From the IMG/VR virus record IMGVR_UViG_3300005662_000002, positions 1 to 44,963 of that record: 44,963 nt of DNA; one strand, 5' to 3'. The position numbers and the translations under genes are program-made. The DNA comes from a virus. Taxonomy: Duplodnaviria > Caudoviricetes. A model generated the notes under the pieces. It saw nothing but the letters and a program-made list of their open reading frames with translations. It was not told where the DNA came from and did no database searches. Numbering within the stretch: the stretch's first letter is position 1; every line of letters starts with the position of its first letter. Below are positions 9,627 through 19,433 of this stretch, one piece after another.

Positions 9627-11492
9627 ATGAATAAAATATACGCAAACGGAAATTATTTCTTTGTTCAATTAGGTACAGATATTACACCTAGTTCGGATGC
9701 AAAAGGAAATGTTATAGTTAATATTAACCATGATAATGAAGAATTACTATTAAGTAGTACATTAACTGTAAATACAAGTCCTGGGGATTTTGGTATATAT
9801 ACGCTTACTACAATTGAACTTGATGGAGATTTTACTTCTCAAATAATACCAAACGTATCAACTTTTAAATTCACATATTTGAATGCAGGTCTAGTTTCAC
9901 AAGTATGGTCAGGATTAGCATCATCAGTTACTTATGTTCCAATTACTGAAAAAACTTTTATTACTCCAGATTTTCAAGGTTTTACTCCCGTTTCAACAAA
10001 TGGAAGTAATATGATTGGTAATCAAAAATTGTATAGTTTTGAACTTTCTTATTCAATTGCTTCACCAAAAATAGGTTTATTAAGTTTGCCATTATCTACA
10101 TTGGCGGATGAATCAGGAATTGCATATACACAAGCTACATGGGAAGCGTTTTACTTAGCTAATTCGGGTTTTAATCCAGCGTCAGGAGGTAGTGGCGCAG
10201 GTGACATGACTAAATCGGTTTATGACACCAATGATGATGGAATAGTTAATTCCGCTGATAAAGAAATGATTCAAGTTATAAATAAAACTGGATCAACTAT
10301 TGTAAAAGGATCAATTGTTTATTTAAAATCGACTTCATCAAGTGGTACGCATCCTGAGATATTATTAGCAAGTGCAAGTACCGAAGCAACATCATCCAAA
10401 ACAATTGGTGCGGTTTATGATACTATTTCAAACGATGGTTTAGGATATGTAGTTACAAGTGGAGAAGTTAGAAACGCTATTACAAATTCATATTCAATTG
10501 GAACTAAATTATGGTTGTCAAATACACCAGGTTTAGTTCAAACTACTCCACCAACACAACCTTCACATTCGGTTTTTATTGGTACAGTTACTCGTTCGCA
10601 AGCAACAAATGGTCGTATTTTATATGCGATTCAAAATGGATATGAGCTTGATGAATTGCATGATGTTTTAATTAGTTATCCAATTGATAATGATGTTTTA
10701 GTTCGTGAGAATGGTTTATGGAAAAATAAGCAATTAAATAATCTTAGTTTTATTCCACAAATTTCAAGTCTGGAAGTTTTTAGAGGTAGATCATTCCGTT
10801 TTGATAGTACAACTGTTGATACTTATGGAGGTATAAATTCATTAAATAATGCTTCTGCAAGTGCTGTTGCACCATCTTGGTTATCGACAAATTTTTCATC
10901 TGTATTTACAAGGTTGAGATATTACGCTTCAATTGTTTCAACTGGAAGAGTTACATCAATACGTTCTACTGATTTACAATGGTTTATTGGTCGTGGGTTT
11001 AGATTTAATAGTACATGGAAAGTTGCAGATACTGCATTTGGATCAACTTGTCAAAACTTCCATGGTTTAATTGGTATTACTACCGAAATTGCGGTAGGTG
11101 GTGCTAATTTAACACAAGTTTCAACATTAACTAATTGTATATTTATTGGTAATGATGGTTCTGATACAAATTTACAAGTAATGCATAACGATGCTAGTGG
11201 AACTTGTACAAAAATTGATTTAGGAGTTGATTTTCCTGCAAATAGAACGTCTGGTTCAATTATGACTACAATGTATTCTTGCGAAATTTATAATCAAGTT
11301 AATTCATCCGATGTTAAATACAAGGTAATTAATTTAGAAACTAATGTAGTTGCACATGGAACAATTACAACTAATTTACCAACATTATCTCAAGGTTTAG
11401 CAATTCAATCAGCTAGAGTTATGGGTTCAGCGTTAACAAATACAGGTCAATGGGAGCAACACAAATGGGGTTGTTCGGACATAACTTTATAA
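9627..11492 (+). CDS. mosaic fibre-like virion structural protein
   Basis: 621 aa, S/T/G-rich; modules GDMTKSVYDTNDDG, NKTGSTIVKG and GYELDELHDV, plus a beta-rich C-terminus. aa 42-144 are homologous to the sheath insert. Confidence 0.7.
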   Translation: MNKIYANGNYFFVQLGTDITPSSDAKGNVIVNINHDNEELLLSSTLTVNTSPGDFGIYTLTTIELDGDFTSQIIPNVSTFKFTYLNAGLVSQVWSGLASSVTYVPITEKTFITPDFQGFTPVSTNGSNMIGNQKLYSFELSYSIASPKIGLLSLPLSTLADESGIAYTQATWEAFYLANSGFNPASGGSGAGDMTKSVYDTNDDGIVNSADKEMIQVINKTGSTIVKGSIVYLKSTSSSGTHPEILLASASTEATSSKTIGAVYDTISNDGLGYVVTSGEVRNAITNSYSIGTKLWLSNTPGLVQTTPPTQPSHSVFIGTVTRSQATNGRILYAIQNGYELDELHDVLISYPIDNDVLVRENGLWKNKQLNNLSFIPQISSLEVFRGRSFRFDSTTVDTYGGINSLNNASASAVAPSWLSTNFSSVFTRLRYYASIVSTGRVTSIRSTDLQWFIGRGFRFNSTWKVADTAFGSTCQNFHGLIGITTEIAVGGANLTQVSTLTNCIFIGNDGSDTNLQVMHNDASGTCTKIDLGVDFPANRTSGSIMTTMYSCEIYNQVNSSDVKYKVINLETNVVAHGTITTNLPTLSQGLAIQSARVMGSALTNTGQWEQHKWGCSDITL

Positions 11493-11506
11493 AATAAAAA
11501 AAAAAT

Positions 11507-11749
11507 ATGAAAAAGTTTACTTTATCGTCTTCGTTTATTGTTATGAAGAATGGTCAAACACAAATATGTTTAAAACCTAGCGATCAACAAATTGATGATT
11601 ATTTAGCTACATATAATACATATAATAATGAAGCGGATGCATTGGCAGATTTAGATAGATTTATAATTGAACAAACTCCAATTATGTTTGAAGTATTTTA
11701 TAATTGTGATAGTATTCCGCAAGAGATTAGAAATAATTTTGAATTATAA
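11507..11749 (+). CDS. hypothetical protein (possible fibre chaperone)
   Basis: 80-aa ORF with A-rich start context directly after the fibre-like gene. Confidence 0.6.
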   Translation: MKKFTLSSSFIVMKNGQTQICLKPSDQQIDDYLATYNTYNNEADALADLDRFIIEQTPIMFEVFYNCDSIPQEIRNNFEL

Positions 11750-11753
11750 TCAT

Positions 11754-11761
11754 TATATTTG
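11754..11761 (+). promoter_or_regulatory. Bacteroidota -7 promoter box upstream of the lysis cassette
   Basis: TATATTTG matches TAnnTTTG; ATG follows 3 nt later. Confidence 0.55.
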
Positions 11762-11764
11762 AGC

Positions 11765-11896
11765 ATGGCAAAAACTCGATTTCATAGAGGTCAAATAATT
11801 GATGGGAAGAAAATTATTGAAATATGGAGAGACGCAAGTTCGCATATCTTATTATTTGAGGATAGGTCTTATAAAATAATTAAACATCATGACTGA
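11765..11896 (+). CDS. 43-aa hypothetical protein (not in ORF track)
   Basis: MAKTRFHRGQIIDGKKIIEIWRDASSHILLFEDRSYKIIKHHD*; fills the gap and overlaps the next ATG. Confidence 0.55.
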   Translation: MAKTRFHRGQIIDGKKIIEIWRDASSHILLFEDRSYKIIKHHD

Positions 11897-12071
11897 ATTA
11901 ATTAGACGTTGGAATGCTCCGACACCAAAATTTTGGAAAAAAGTACAACGTAACGGAGGTGCGTTGACGTTATTGGGCGGTATAATCGCAAAGTTTAATC
12001 CAATTGTAGGCGGTGTAATCGCTACTATTGGAACTACGATAGTTGCAATCGCTCAATTGACTGAAGAATGA
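11889..12071 (+). CDS. small holin-like membrane protein
   Basis: 60 aa, RWNAPTPKFWKKVQ followed by two hydrophobic segments. Confidence 0.65.
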   Translation: MTELIRRWNAPTPKFWKKVQRNGGALTLLGGIIAKFNPIVGGVIATIGTTIVAIAQLTEE

Positions 12072-12511
12072 TTAATAAGATTTTATCTTTGAAGTGGAAT
12101 TTATTAATTCCAATTGTTGCTTTTTTTAGCCCGATTAAGCCACTTGTTTTGCTTGTTGGATTTATGATACTTCTTGATACTTGTTTTGGCTTGTATCGGG
12201 CTAAGAAAACAAATGAGACAATTACAAGTAGAAAGCTATCTCAAATTGCTTCTAAAATGTTTTTGTATCAAGGTAGTGTAATTTTATTTTTCTTAATTGA
12301 AACTTATATTTTGCAAGACTTTATAAAATTAATAAGTGGAATTGATTTATTTATTACAAAATTAATTGCAATATTTTTAGTTTTAATTGAAATGATTTCA
12401 ATTAATGAAAATTATTCTACTGTTAAAGGAACTTCGATTTTTAGAACAATTAAAGAAGTGGTAATGAGAGTTAAAGAAGTTAAAGAAGACGTTAAAGACA
12501 TTTACAAATGA
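12068..12511 (+). CDS. phage holin
   Basis: Multiple transmembrane segments; LLDTCFG, ITSRKL and EMISINEN motifs typical of a phage holin family. Confidence 0.8.
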   Translation: MINKILSLKWNLLIPIVAFFSPIKPLVLLVGFMILLDTCFGLYRAKKTNETITSRKLSQIASKMFLYQGSVILFFLIETYILQDFIKLISGIDLFITKLIAIFLVLIEMISINENYSTVKGTSIFRTIKEVVMRVKEVKEDVKDIYK

Positions 12512-13101
12512 ATAAAGTAAGAAGTTATACAACCGATCAATTATTGAACCATGCTAAATCAATAAATGGTTTTAAAAGTTTTCCTAAAAATAAATGGATT
12601 TATGGAGTTAGATCAAATGAAAAAACTCCGAATGTTCCCGATGATAAATTCTATTTTTTTGAAGAGGAAAAATTCATTACAATGCTTACTGGTTCTACCG
12701 AACCAGGAACTCCAATTTTAGAAGGTGGATTTTTAAAATACAATAAAGTTGGTGCTGCCGTTGTTAAAGCAAACGAATGGTATCATAATTTATGGTTGTA
12801 TGGTCTTCACATGGGTAAAATGCCTGCATTAAGACAAGTAGGTGATATATTATTGTATCGTGATGGAGACATGGATGTTTATGCGGAAGAGTTGGGAAAA
12901 CTAATTAAAGGTAAATTTGGAATTAACTTTCATACAATGGACTACAATTTGCTTTCAAAAGATATTGAAACTAAAATTGGAACATGGAGTGCTGGATGTC
13001 AAATTGCGAATCAAGTTGAAAAATATTACCAAACAATTTCATCTTTCAAAAATAATGGTTTAACTACATATTTATTAGTTGACGAATTTGAACCAAAATG
13101 A
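12508..13101 (+). CDS. putative endolysin with L,D-transpeptidase (YkuD)-like His/Cys motif
   Basis: Directly after the holins; GINFH-x18-SAGCQ motif. Confidence 0.55.
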   Translation: MNKVRSYTTDQLLNHAKSINGFKSFPKNKWIYGVRSNEKTPNVPDDKFYFFEEEKFITMLTGSTEPGTPILEGGFLKYNKVGAAVVKANEWYHNLWLYGLHMGKMPALRQVGDILLYRDGDMDVYAEELGKLIKGKFGINFHTMDYNLLSKDIETKIGTWSAGCQIANQVEKYYQTISSFKNNGLTTYLLVDEFEPK

Positions 13102-13481
13102 GTAGCATTTTAGAAAAAATAAAAGATACTTCCAATAGATTTGTGAATGATCTACAAGCGTTTTCAACTCCCGTAATATTGACTTCTCCAAGTGGAACTA
13201 GTTATACAACGGCAGGTTTTTTTTCCAAGCATCATAATGCATTGGATATGGAAGCTAATAGAATTTCATCTAAAATGACATCAATTGCATTGCATGAACG
13301 TGATTTAGTTGCAAAAGGTGTTGTTGTTCGTAACGCTTCGGGTAATGTAGCATTGTTAAATTACATTTGTCAAATATCGGATAGTTCCGAAACATCAAGT
13401 AAATATATTGTTCGTGAAATGTATCCCGATGAATTAATCGGTATCATTGTTTTAATATTAGGAGATTATGCCACTAATTAA
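13098..13481 (+). CDS. head-tail connector (FII-like)
   Basis: 127-aa beta-rich protein ending in YPDELIGIIVLIL; precedes a tail-terminator-like gene. Confidence 0.55.
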   Translation: MSSILEKIKDTSNRFVNDLQAFSTPVILTSPSGTSYTTAGFFSKHHNALDMEANRISSKMTSIALHERDLVAKGVVVRNASGNVALLNYICQISDSSETSSKYIVREMYPDELIGIIVLILGDYATN

Positions 13482-14070
13482 CGAAATACTTACTCCAATG
13501 AACTTTGAAGCCGTTCGAGATAGGATTGCTTCAATTATTAAATCGGAGTTGTTAAATCAAGCCACATTACAAAATTTACCTAAATTAAATGCAAATGTTT
13601 TTGCGGAACGATTAGTTCCTATAAATTACACCGAAATGCCTGCGGTCAATTGCATGGTTGCAAAAGGAAATTACGATGAATTGGTAGCTTTGAGTAAAGA
13701 CGGGAATTATCAATTTAACATTGATATTTATACTTGTTCGGAAACAATTGGATCAACACGTGCGGATTTTCAATCGGTGAAAGATTGTCAACAATTAACG
13801 GGATTAATATTTAAAATATTGATGCATTGGAAATATAGAAGACTTGATTTTGCTGCACCATTAATTGAACATACCGAAATAAACGAAATTAAATTTGCCG
13901 ATCCAGATCAACGAAATGAATCAATGAGCGTAATGATGGCACGTATAATTTTCCTTGTTCGTTGTAACGAAACAATCGCACCCTTAACGAATGCGACTGT
14001 TATCAATGGAAATACTACTGGAGTTAAGATTAACAATACAAATATTGGATTTGTATATGATGCTATTTAG
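13468..14070 (+). CDS. tail terminator/completion protein
   Basis: AVRDRIASII, EMPAVN and FNIDIY pattern of tail-terminator folds. Confidence 0.55.
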   Translation: MPLINEILTPMNFEAVRDRIASIIKSELLNQATLQNLPKLNANVFAERLVPINYTEMPAVNCMVAKGNYDELVALSKDGNYQFNIDIYTCSETIGSTRADFQSVKDCQQLTGLIFKILMHWKYRRLDFAAPLIEHTEINEIKFADPDQRNESMSVMMARIIFLVRCNETIAPLTNATVINGNTTGVKINNTNIGFVYDAI

Positions 14071-14323
14071 ACAATCTATTTAATATTTCGGAATATCCAA
14101 TTAGATCAAGTAGTGAATCTTTTTTGAATTTATATTTCAATCTACCTAACTTGATTGCCATCTGGACCTTACAAATTTGTTCGGGTGTTAAATCAATGTC
14201 AAATGTAGTTTTTAGAATATTTGAGTATTCTTGAAATGCTATATTTGGATCTCCATATTGATCGTTGCGGTCTCCATTAACAATTTGTTCCGCTTGTAAT
14301 AATAGACTAATATTGTTTTCCAT
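14063..14323 (-). CDS. DUF6378-like small helical protein (nucleotide pyrophosphatase-like)
   Basis: LLQAEQIVNGDRNDQYGDP, QMAIKLGR and DSLLDLIGY motifs; likely start MENNIS at 14323. Confidence 0.7.
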   Translation of the reverse strand: MENNISLLLQAEQIVNGDRNDQYGDPNIAFQEYSNILKTTFDIDLTPEQICKVQMAIKLGRLKYKFKKDSLLDLIGYSEILNRLSK

Positions 14324-14681
14324 GGAGACGTTCTCTTTTTGCATTGTATTGCATTTTATATTCAACAAATTTTTGTAGGTCAATTTTGTAAAATTCGCAT
14401 ATGTCTAATATTCTAATAAAAGCATCTGCCAATTCGTCCTCCACTGTATCTTTAATGTATTTTTTGAAGGTTTCTTCATATGACATTTGATTAACGTCCG
14501 AATCAATCAATTTTTCAAACTCTTCTAACTTTGCAAATTCATTGTTTCGATGCGCTTCCATGCTTTCCGATAATTCGGTAACGATTAGCATTAAGTTTGT
14601 TCCAAACTCATTGTGTTTGTCGTAAAATCCTTTGTTTACGGCATTTTGATGGATTTTTTTTTGTAGTTGTTTAACTTGCAT
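14307..14681 (-). CDS. MazG-like nucleotide pyrophosphohydrolase
   Basis: LIVTELSESMEAHR, EDELADAFIRILD and KMQYNAKR motifs. Confidence 0.85.
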   Translation of the reverse strand: MQVKQLQKKIHQNAVNKGFYDKHNEFGTNLMLIVTELSESMEAHRNNEFAKLEEFEKLIDSDVNQMSYEETFKKYIKDTVEDELADAFIRILDICEFYKIDLQKFVEYKMQYNAKRERLHGKQY

Positions 14682-14956
14682 TATTTTTTTATTTTTAATT
14701 TACTATTTTGAACTATTTTACTTAACTTACTTAAAATGTAATTATAGTTTTCCGATTCTTCTAAGTTAAAATCTTTCGTTAAAACATTTACCATTGATTC
14801 TAGCTTATAATCCAATTCTTTTAATTCTTCTTGATACAACTCTTTAAATACATTTTTATCGCTTAATTTATCTAATTCAAAGAGTGCAGCATTAAGAAGT
14901 ATTAAGGTTCGGTATAATTTGTTTAATTCTTCCATTACGCACCACAATTTAAGCAT
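14681..14956 (-). CDS. hypothetical protein
   Basis: ORF in a tightly packed operon; the true start is probably MEELNK. Confidence 0.6.
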   Translation of the reverse strand: MLKLWCVMEELNKLYRTLILLNAALFELDKLSDKNVFKELYQEELKELDYKLESMVNVLTKDFNLEESENYNYILSKLSKIVQNSKLKIKK

Positions 14957-15117
14957 CCATCCGCATCATCGTCTTCTTCTGGATGTTCTTCAATGCGTGG
15001 ATTCAATTCTTTTTTTAATTCGTAAATACGCTGTTGCGTTTCACCATCTTTAAAAATATCTCCAGTTAAGGTAGATTTAAGACGATCAATTTCTTGTTTA
15101 ATTTCTATCTCGTTCAT
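14935..15117 (-). CDS. hypothetical protein with C-terminal CxxC
   Basis: 60 aa, ends DGCLNCGA; coupled to neighbours. Confidence 0.65.
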   Translation of the reverse strand: MNEIEIKQEIDRLKSTLTGDIFKDGETQQRIYELKKELNPRIEEHPEEDDDADGCLNCGA

Positions 15118-15310
15118 CTAATAATGAGTTTAAATATTGATTAGCTTCTAGTAATTGTTTTATTTTTTCTTCCCTATTTTTTAGTCTTTCAACTAACATT
15201 CCATTTTGATTGCTTAATCGAACTATTTCATTATGGAGAAAAAACAACCGTTTCCATATTGGAAACGGATGTTTTAAGAAATTAAATAGTTTGTTCATTT
15301 GCCCAATCAA
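15098..15310 (-). CDS. hypothetical coiled-coil protein
   Basis: ORF overlapping both neighbours within the operon. Confidence 0.55.
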   Translation of the reverse strand: MIGQMNKLFNFLKHPFPIWKRLFFLHNEIVRLSNQNGMLVERLKNREEKIKQLLEANQYLNSLLDERDRN

Positions 15311-16280
15311 TAATTAATTGACGTGAAAGTTTATTGTTATTATCTGAAACATAATCAATTAAACGATTTCTGAATATTTCAAAACCATCTATTTGTACTG
15401 GATGCGGATCGCTTGAAATACTTTCTTCAATAATTTCATTAACAATAACTTTTTCTTCAATTATTGGTTCGTTTGTTTGTTGTGGTGCAAACTCTTCAAT
15501 CATTGTAACTTCTTCTATTATTGCAACTTGTTCAATTGGTTGCTCAATAGTTTCCGTTTGCGGAACTATCTCTTCTTTATTGTACGTCTTATCCAACGCT
15601 TGTTTTTGAGCTTCTAATTCGGCACGTTCTTTCGCAACTCTTTCACGTTCTTTTGCTAATTCTTCACGTAAACGTTGAATCTCCAATTGAGCTTCTTGCA
15701 TTGCTTTTTGTTGCTCCGCTAACAATTGTTTTTCGGCTTCTTTACGTGCTTTTTCTTTTTTGCCTTGATCAATGTAAAAATTAAATTCGGAATCATCCAA
15801 TGACTTAACTTTGTCACCACTTAAATGAATTGCACCTGCAATATAAAAACCATTTGACAATTCAAAACCATTTTCGGTTAATTGAGCAATTCTTAAATTG
15901 AAAACACGTTCTTGTTCTGCTTTTGTCGCATTTTCGAACCATTGTTTTTGTTTGTCAAGGTGTGTTTCAATAGTTTCAATACGTTCGGTTAATCGGTCAG
16001 CTTCCGCTTTCAATTCACGTTGGTATTTCAATGCTGGCTCCGTTAATTCTTTACGTCTTTTTTCGATTGAAGTTCTAGTTTTTTTGAGAGACTTCATTCC
16101 ATCAACAATGAAGGAATAACCTTGTAAATCCTTAACGTCAGCAACAACAATGTTAAGATACGTATCCTCGAACTCTTTGAGTTTTTGTTCCGTTTGAATT
16201 GTATCGTTTAACAATGTTTGTTTTGCTAAAACGATTGATCCATCTAAAATTTCGTCCATGTTTTGTGTTTGTGTTTCCAT
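15282..16280 (-). CDS. long coiled-coil protein
   Basis: 332 aa, LKKTRTSIEKRRKELTEP motif, E/K/Q-rich heptads. Confidence 0.75.
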   Translation of the reverse strand: METQTQNMDEILDGSIVLAKQTLLNDTIQTEQKLKEFEDTYLNIVVADVKDLQGYSFIVDGMKSLKKTRTSIEKRRKELTEPALKYQRELKAEADRLTERIETIETHLDKQKQWFENATKAEQERVFNLRIAQLTENGFELSNGFYIAGAIHLSGDKVKSLDDSEFNFYIDQGKKEKARKEAEKQLLAEQQKAMQEAQLEIQRLREELAKERERVAKERAELEAQKQALDKTYNKEEIVPQTETIEQPIEQVAIIEEVTMIEEFAPQQTNEPIIEEKVIVNEIIEESISSDPHPVQIDGFEIFRNRLIDYVSDNNNKLSRQLIIDWANEQTI

Positions 16281-16304
16281 TTTTATTTTGATTTTGGTTA
16301 ATTA

Positions 16305-16484
16305 CTAATTTTCGTTGCAACTATATTTTTCAAGCTCCAAACGTTCTATTTTCCATCCTTTATGATCGAATGGAGTTTTTTTGCGTATTAATGTATTATA
16401 CTTAAATCCCATTCTACGACAAGTTTCTTGAATTGATGAAAAAACTCTTTTTTCTTCGTCTTTACTCGCTAAAATAACTTTCAT
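16305..16484 (-). CDS. 59-aa NUMOD1-like DNA-binding protein (not in ORF track)
   Basis: MKVILASKDEEKRVFSSIQETCRRMGFKYNTL...HKGWKIERL; the FxSIxE..GF motif resembles NUMOD1 HTH modules. Confidence 0.55.
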   Translation of the reverse strand: MKVILASKDEEKRVFSSIQETCRRMGFKYNTLIRKKTPFDHKGWKIERLELEKYSCNEN

Positions 16485-16698
16485 TGATTATTTGATTTAC
16501 TTTGTTTTTAATTGCACTATTTAATTCAGTCATGGCATAATAACCTTCATTTTTTGTAAGATTTATTTTTGCCGTGAAAACATCGTTGAAACGTCTATTT
16601 TGATATTTAATTTCAATAGAAATAACATCATTGTTTCTATTTTGCAAGATTTTTTCTTGCAATTTTTCCAATTCTTTTAATTCTCTTTCGTTTACCAT
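16462..16698 (-). CDS. hypothetical protein
   Basis: 78-aa ORF starting 4 nt after a TATATTTG box. Confidence 0.6.
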   Translation of the reverse strand: MVNERELKELEKLQEKILQNRNNDVISIEIKYQNRRFNDVFTAKINLTKNEGYYAMTELNSAIKNKVNQIINESYFSE

Positions 16699-16700
16699 GA

Positions 16701-16724
16701 TACAAATATATTGATTATTTTGAT
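16701..16724 (-). promoter_or_regulatory. conserved phage promoter (copy 1)
   Basis: Minus strand ATCAAAATAATCAA-TATATTTG-TA; related copies at 19845, 26051 and 28395. Confidence 0.7.
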
Positions 16725-16733
16725 ATATACAAT

Positions 16734-19433
16734 TTAAAATGGAAATTCTTCATCAATATTTTCTAACACATGATGTTCTATTTTCATTTCACTTGTTGCT
16801 TCTAATCCTTCCATAATATTGGTTAATGGAATTGATACACCTCTAGACTTTAAACCTGGGTAAAATGATTTAGGATCGGTTTTTTCGGCACCAGGTAATC
16901 GTTCTAATATTTTATTATGATTGCTCGACCAACTTGTATCTTTAATAATTTGCTTGATCCCGTTTGCCGTGTTTGAAAAAATTACTCTTTCGTTTGTTAC
17001 AATAATTCCAATTCGTCTTAAACGTTTATCGGCAACATCCATCTTAATTGTAAGTTCGGAAGTTTTACCCGAAGCAATTAATATTAATTCACCAATTGAT
17101 CTTTCATGATTATTAAATTCACCTTCTACTCTAATAATTGTTCCCATGATGATTGCAAACAATTGATATTCATCTTTTGTCAATTCCAATGCTTTTTCAT
17201 CGCTCCAATCTTTTGATGCTACCCATTCAACGGCTTCATCGTAAGAAATTAATTTGTCGGAAATTAAACTATATGCTCCAGCTAATAAAACTCCAATTTG
17301 ATCTCCCGTTCTACGTGTACCAATTACCTCCGCTGCCGCATCTGAAAAAACACGTGTATTTGCTAAAATTGTCTTTATCAATTGCATTGTACGGCTTTGA
17401 ATTTTATTCACGTAATCTTTTGTAACAAGTTTGTTCCAATTTTTTTCGAAGTTTGAAAAATCCTCTTTTGTACGTTCTTTTTCGAATGAAACAAGTCCAA
17501 TTGTTGTAAACCTTGATTTGTCACTTTGTTGATTCAAATGTACACCAATAGAAGACAATGCAAACATTGATCTAATTGTGTATGTTCGACTACCTCCCGA
17601 TTGTGTTCCTTTACCAATTACACCTCCATCGCTATATGATGCAGAACGTGCCAATTGTAGAACCGATTTAATTCTTTCCGCATCATTTTTTGTTTCAATG
17701 TCGGATTCATCAAAAAGAACAGGTCTTGCATCGGATTGTAATGTACCTCGAACATATGCTTCGGTTGTTTGCCCTTGTACAACTATTCCAAACGCTCCCG
17801 TCAAACGTTTTACAATATTATCCATCGTCCATGATTTACCCGATCCTGCTGGACCTGTAATCCATATATGAGGTCTCCATTGCAATACTCCACAAAACGG
17901 AGCTAAAACACACCATCCTGCAAGTAAATATGCATTGATTTCACGTTCAAACTTTAACCATTTAATGCTATCAATTAATTCCATTCCGTTGAATGAATCC
18001 ATGCTTATTGGTTCTGGTTTAAATCCTAAACGTTCGTTAATTTCATAAACATATTTCGAACGAAAATTTTTCATTTTGATGACTTCATTCTCAATAATTA
18101 AATTATCACCATTATGAACAATTAATTTTCCTTCATCCATCCATGCACCTCTACCTCGAATATATGCATCTTTAAAAATACCTACTTCATGAGACGCATT
18201 CATTAAAAAGTTTTGAACGGCATCAATATTTATTTTTTGTTTGCCAGGAAAATTTTCTTCCCAATAATTCAATGGTGCAAGTGTAATTAAGTTCGGTTTT
18301 GTCATGCTACTAGGACTTAATCGAATTACCATTTTTGCACCATATGAGAAAAACATATAACTTAATTTTCCCGATTCATCTTTGTCAAAACCTAACAATC
18401 TAAAATGTTCGTTTTCTAGTTCGTTTGATTCTTCCGTAACTTTTGATGGCAATGGAGGTGGTAATGGTTTTGATTCTTCAATTGGTTTTGGTTCTTCAAA
18501 TTCCAAAGTTGGAACGTCCGTAATATTATCTAAAATAAATTGTCTTAATGAATCATTCGTCCATTCTAAATTATCAGCAATATCCCATTTTTGTGGGTAA
18601 CTTGATGGAATATTACACCATCGCATAATTGAATTGTCTTCTTTAAGAAGTGTATACAATTCATACATTGCTTTCATTCCTGGAACATCATTATCGGGAA
18701 TAAATATTTTTTTACGATATTTTACGGGTTCTAAATTCAATAATTTAACCGAATTTGCACCTCCCGTCCAAGTTGTAAAAACTGCTTTATTAGGATCGGA
18801 AAATTTATTTCCAATGTCAGCAGTTTTTTCACCTTCTACAAAAATTATTGTAGCATTTTTATAATTTGAAATTAAATCTAAATTATACAACGGACGTGGC
18901 GCACCAACTCCAAGCCACCTCCAACTTTTTTTGCTTTCAAATTGAGCAAATGTAAGTGGTAAAACTTCTTTTTTTCCTTCTGGTAGATCGAATCTACAAG
19001 TATAATTAATTAGTTTTCCCTCTTCATTTCTATATGCATGAATCAATGATGGCATTCCATATTCAAAATGCTCAATGTTTGTAAGTTCGGATGGTGCAGG
19101 AATAATTGGTTGCCATATTTGAACTTCTTTTTTTTCAAGGTAAATTTTATCGACTTTATATTCTTTGTCAATAGGTTGTCCAGTTAATTCTTTGCACGCT
19201 TCATGAAATGTTCTACCTAACAAGACATGAAATTGAATTGCATCTCCACCTGCTCCACACGCAAAACATTTAAATATTTGTTTGCGCTCATTTACTTGTA
19301 AAGATTCTTTTGAATCATCGTGAAACGGACAAATACCATAAAATTCCGAACGTTTATACGTTAATGGAACAACTTTATTAACAACGTCAACAATGTTTAC
19401 CGATTGCAATATTTTAGTTGTATCTATTGACAT
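16734..19433 (-). CDS. DNA primase-helicase (zf-CHC2 + TOPRIM + P-loop NTPase)
   Basis: CPFHDD..FKCFACG zinc finger; VEGEKTAD and PDND TOPRIM motifs; GPAGSGKS Walker A; VLFDE Walker B. Confidence 0.92.
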   Translation of the reverse strand: MSIDTTKILQSVNIVDVVNKVVPLTYKRSEFYGICPFHDDSKESLQVNERKQIFKCFACGAGGDAIQFHVLLGRTFHEACKELTGQPIDKEYKVDKIYLEKKEVQIWQPIIPAPSELTNIEHFEYGMPSLIHAYRNEEGKLINYTCRFDLPEGKKEVLPLTFAQFESKKSWRWLGVGAPRPLYNLDLISNYKNATIIFVEGEKTADIGNKFSDPNKAVFTTWTGGANSVKLLNLEPVKYRKKIFIPDNDVPGMKAMYELYTLLKEDNSIMRWCNIPSSYPQKWDIADNLEWTNDSLRQFILDNITDVPTLEFEEPKPIEESKPLPPPLPSKVTEESNELENEHFRLLGFDKDESGKLSYMFFSYGAKMVIRLSPSSMTKPNLITLAPLNYWEENFPGKQKINIDAVQNFLMNASHEVGIFKDAYIRGRGAWMDEGKLIVHNGDNLIIENEVIKMKNFRSKYVYEINERLGFKPEPISMDSFNGMELIDSIKWLKFEREINAYLLAGWCVLAPFCGVLQWRPHIWITGPAGSGKSWTMDNIVKRLTGAFGIVVQGQTTEAYVRGTLQSDARPVLFDESDIETKNDAERIKSVLQLARSASYSDGGVIGKGTQSGGSRTYTIRSMFALSSIGVHLNQQSDKSRFTTIGLVSFEKERTKEDFSNFEKNWNKLVTKDYVNKIQSRTMQLIKTILANTRVFSDAAAEVIGTRRTGDQIGVLLAGAYSLISDKLISYDEAVEWVASKDWSDEKALELTKDEYQLFAIIMGTIIRVEGEFNNHERSIGELILIASGKTSELTIKMDVADKRLRRIGIIVTNERVIFSNTANGIKQIIKDTSWSSNHNKILERLPGAEKTDPKSFYPGLKSRGVSIPLTNIMEGLEATSEMKIEHHVLENIDEEFPF

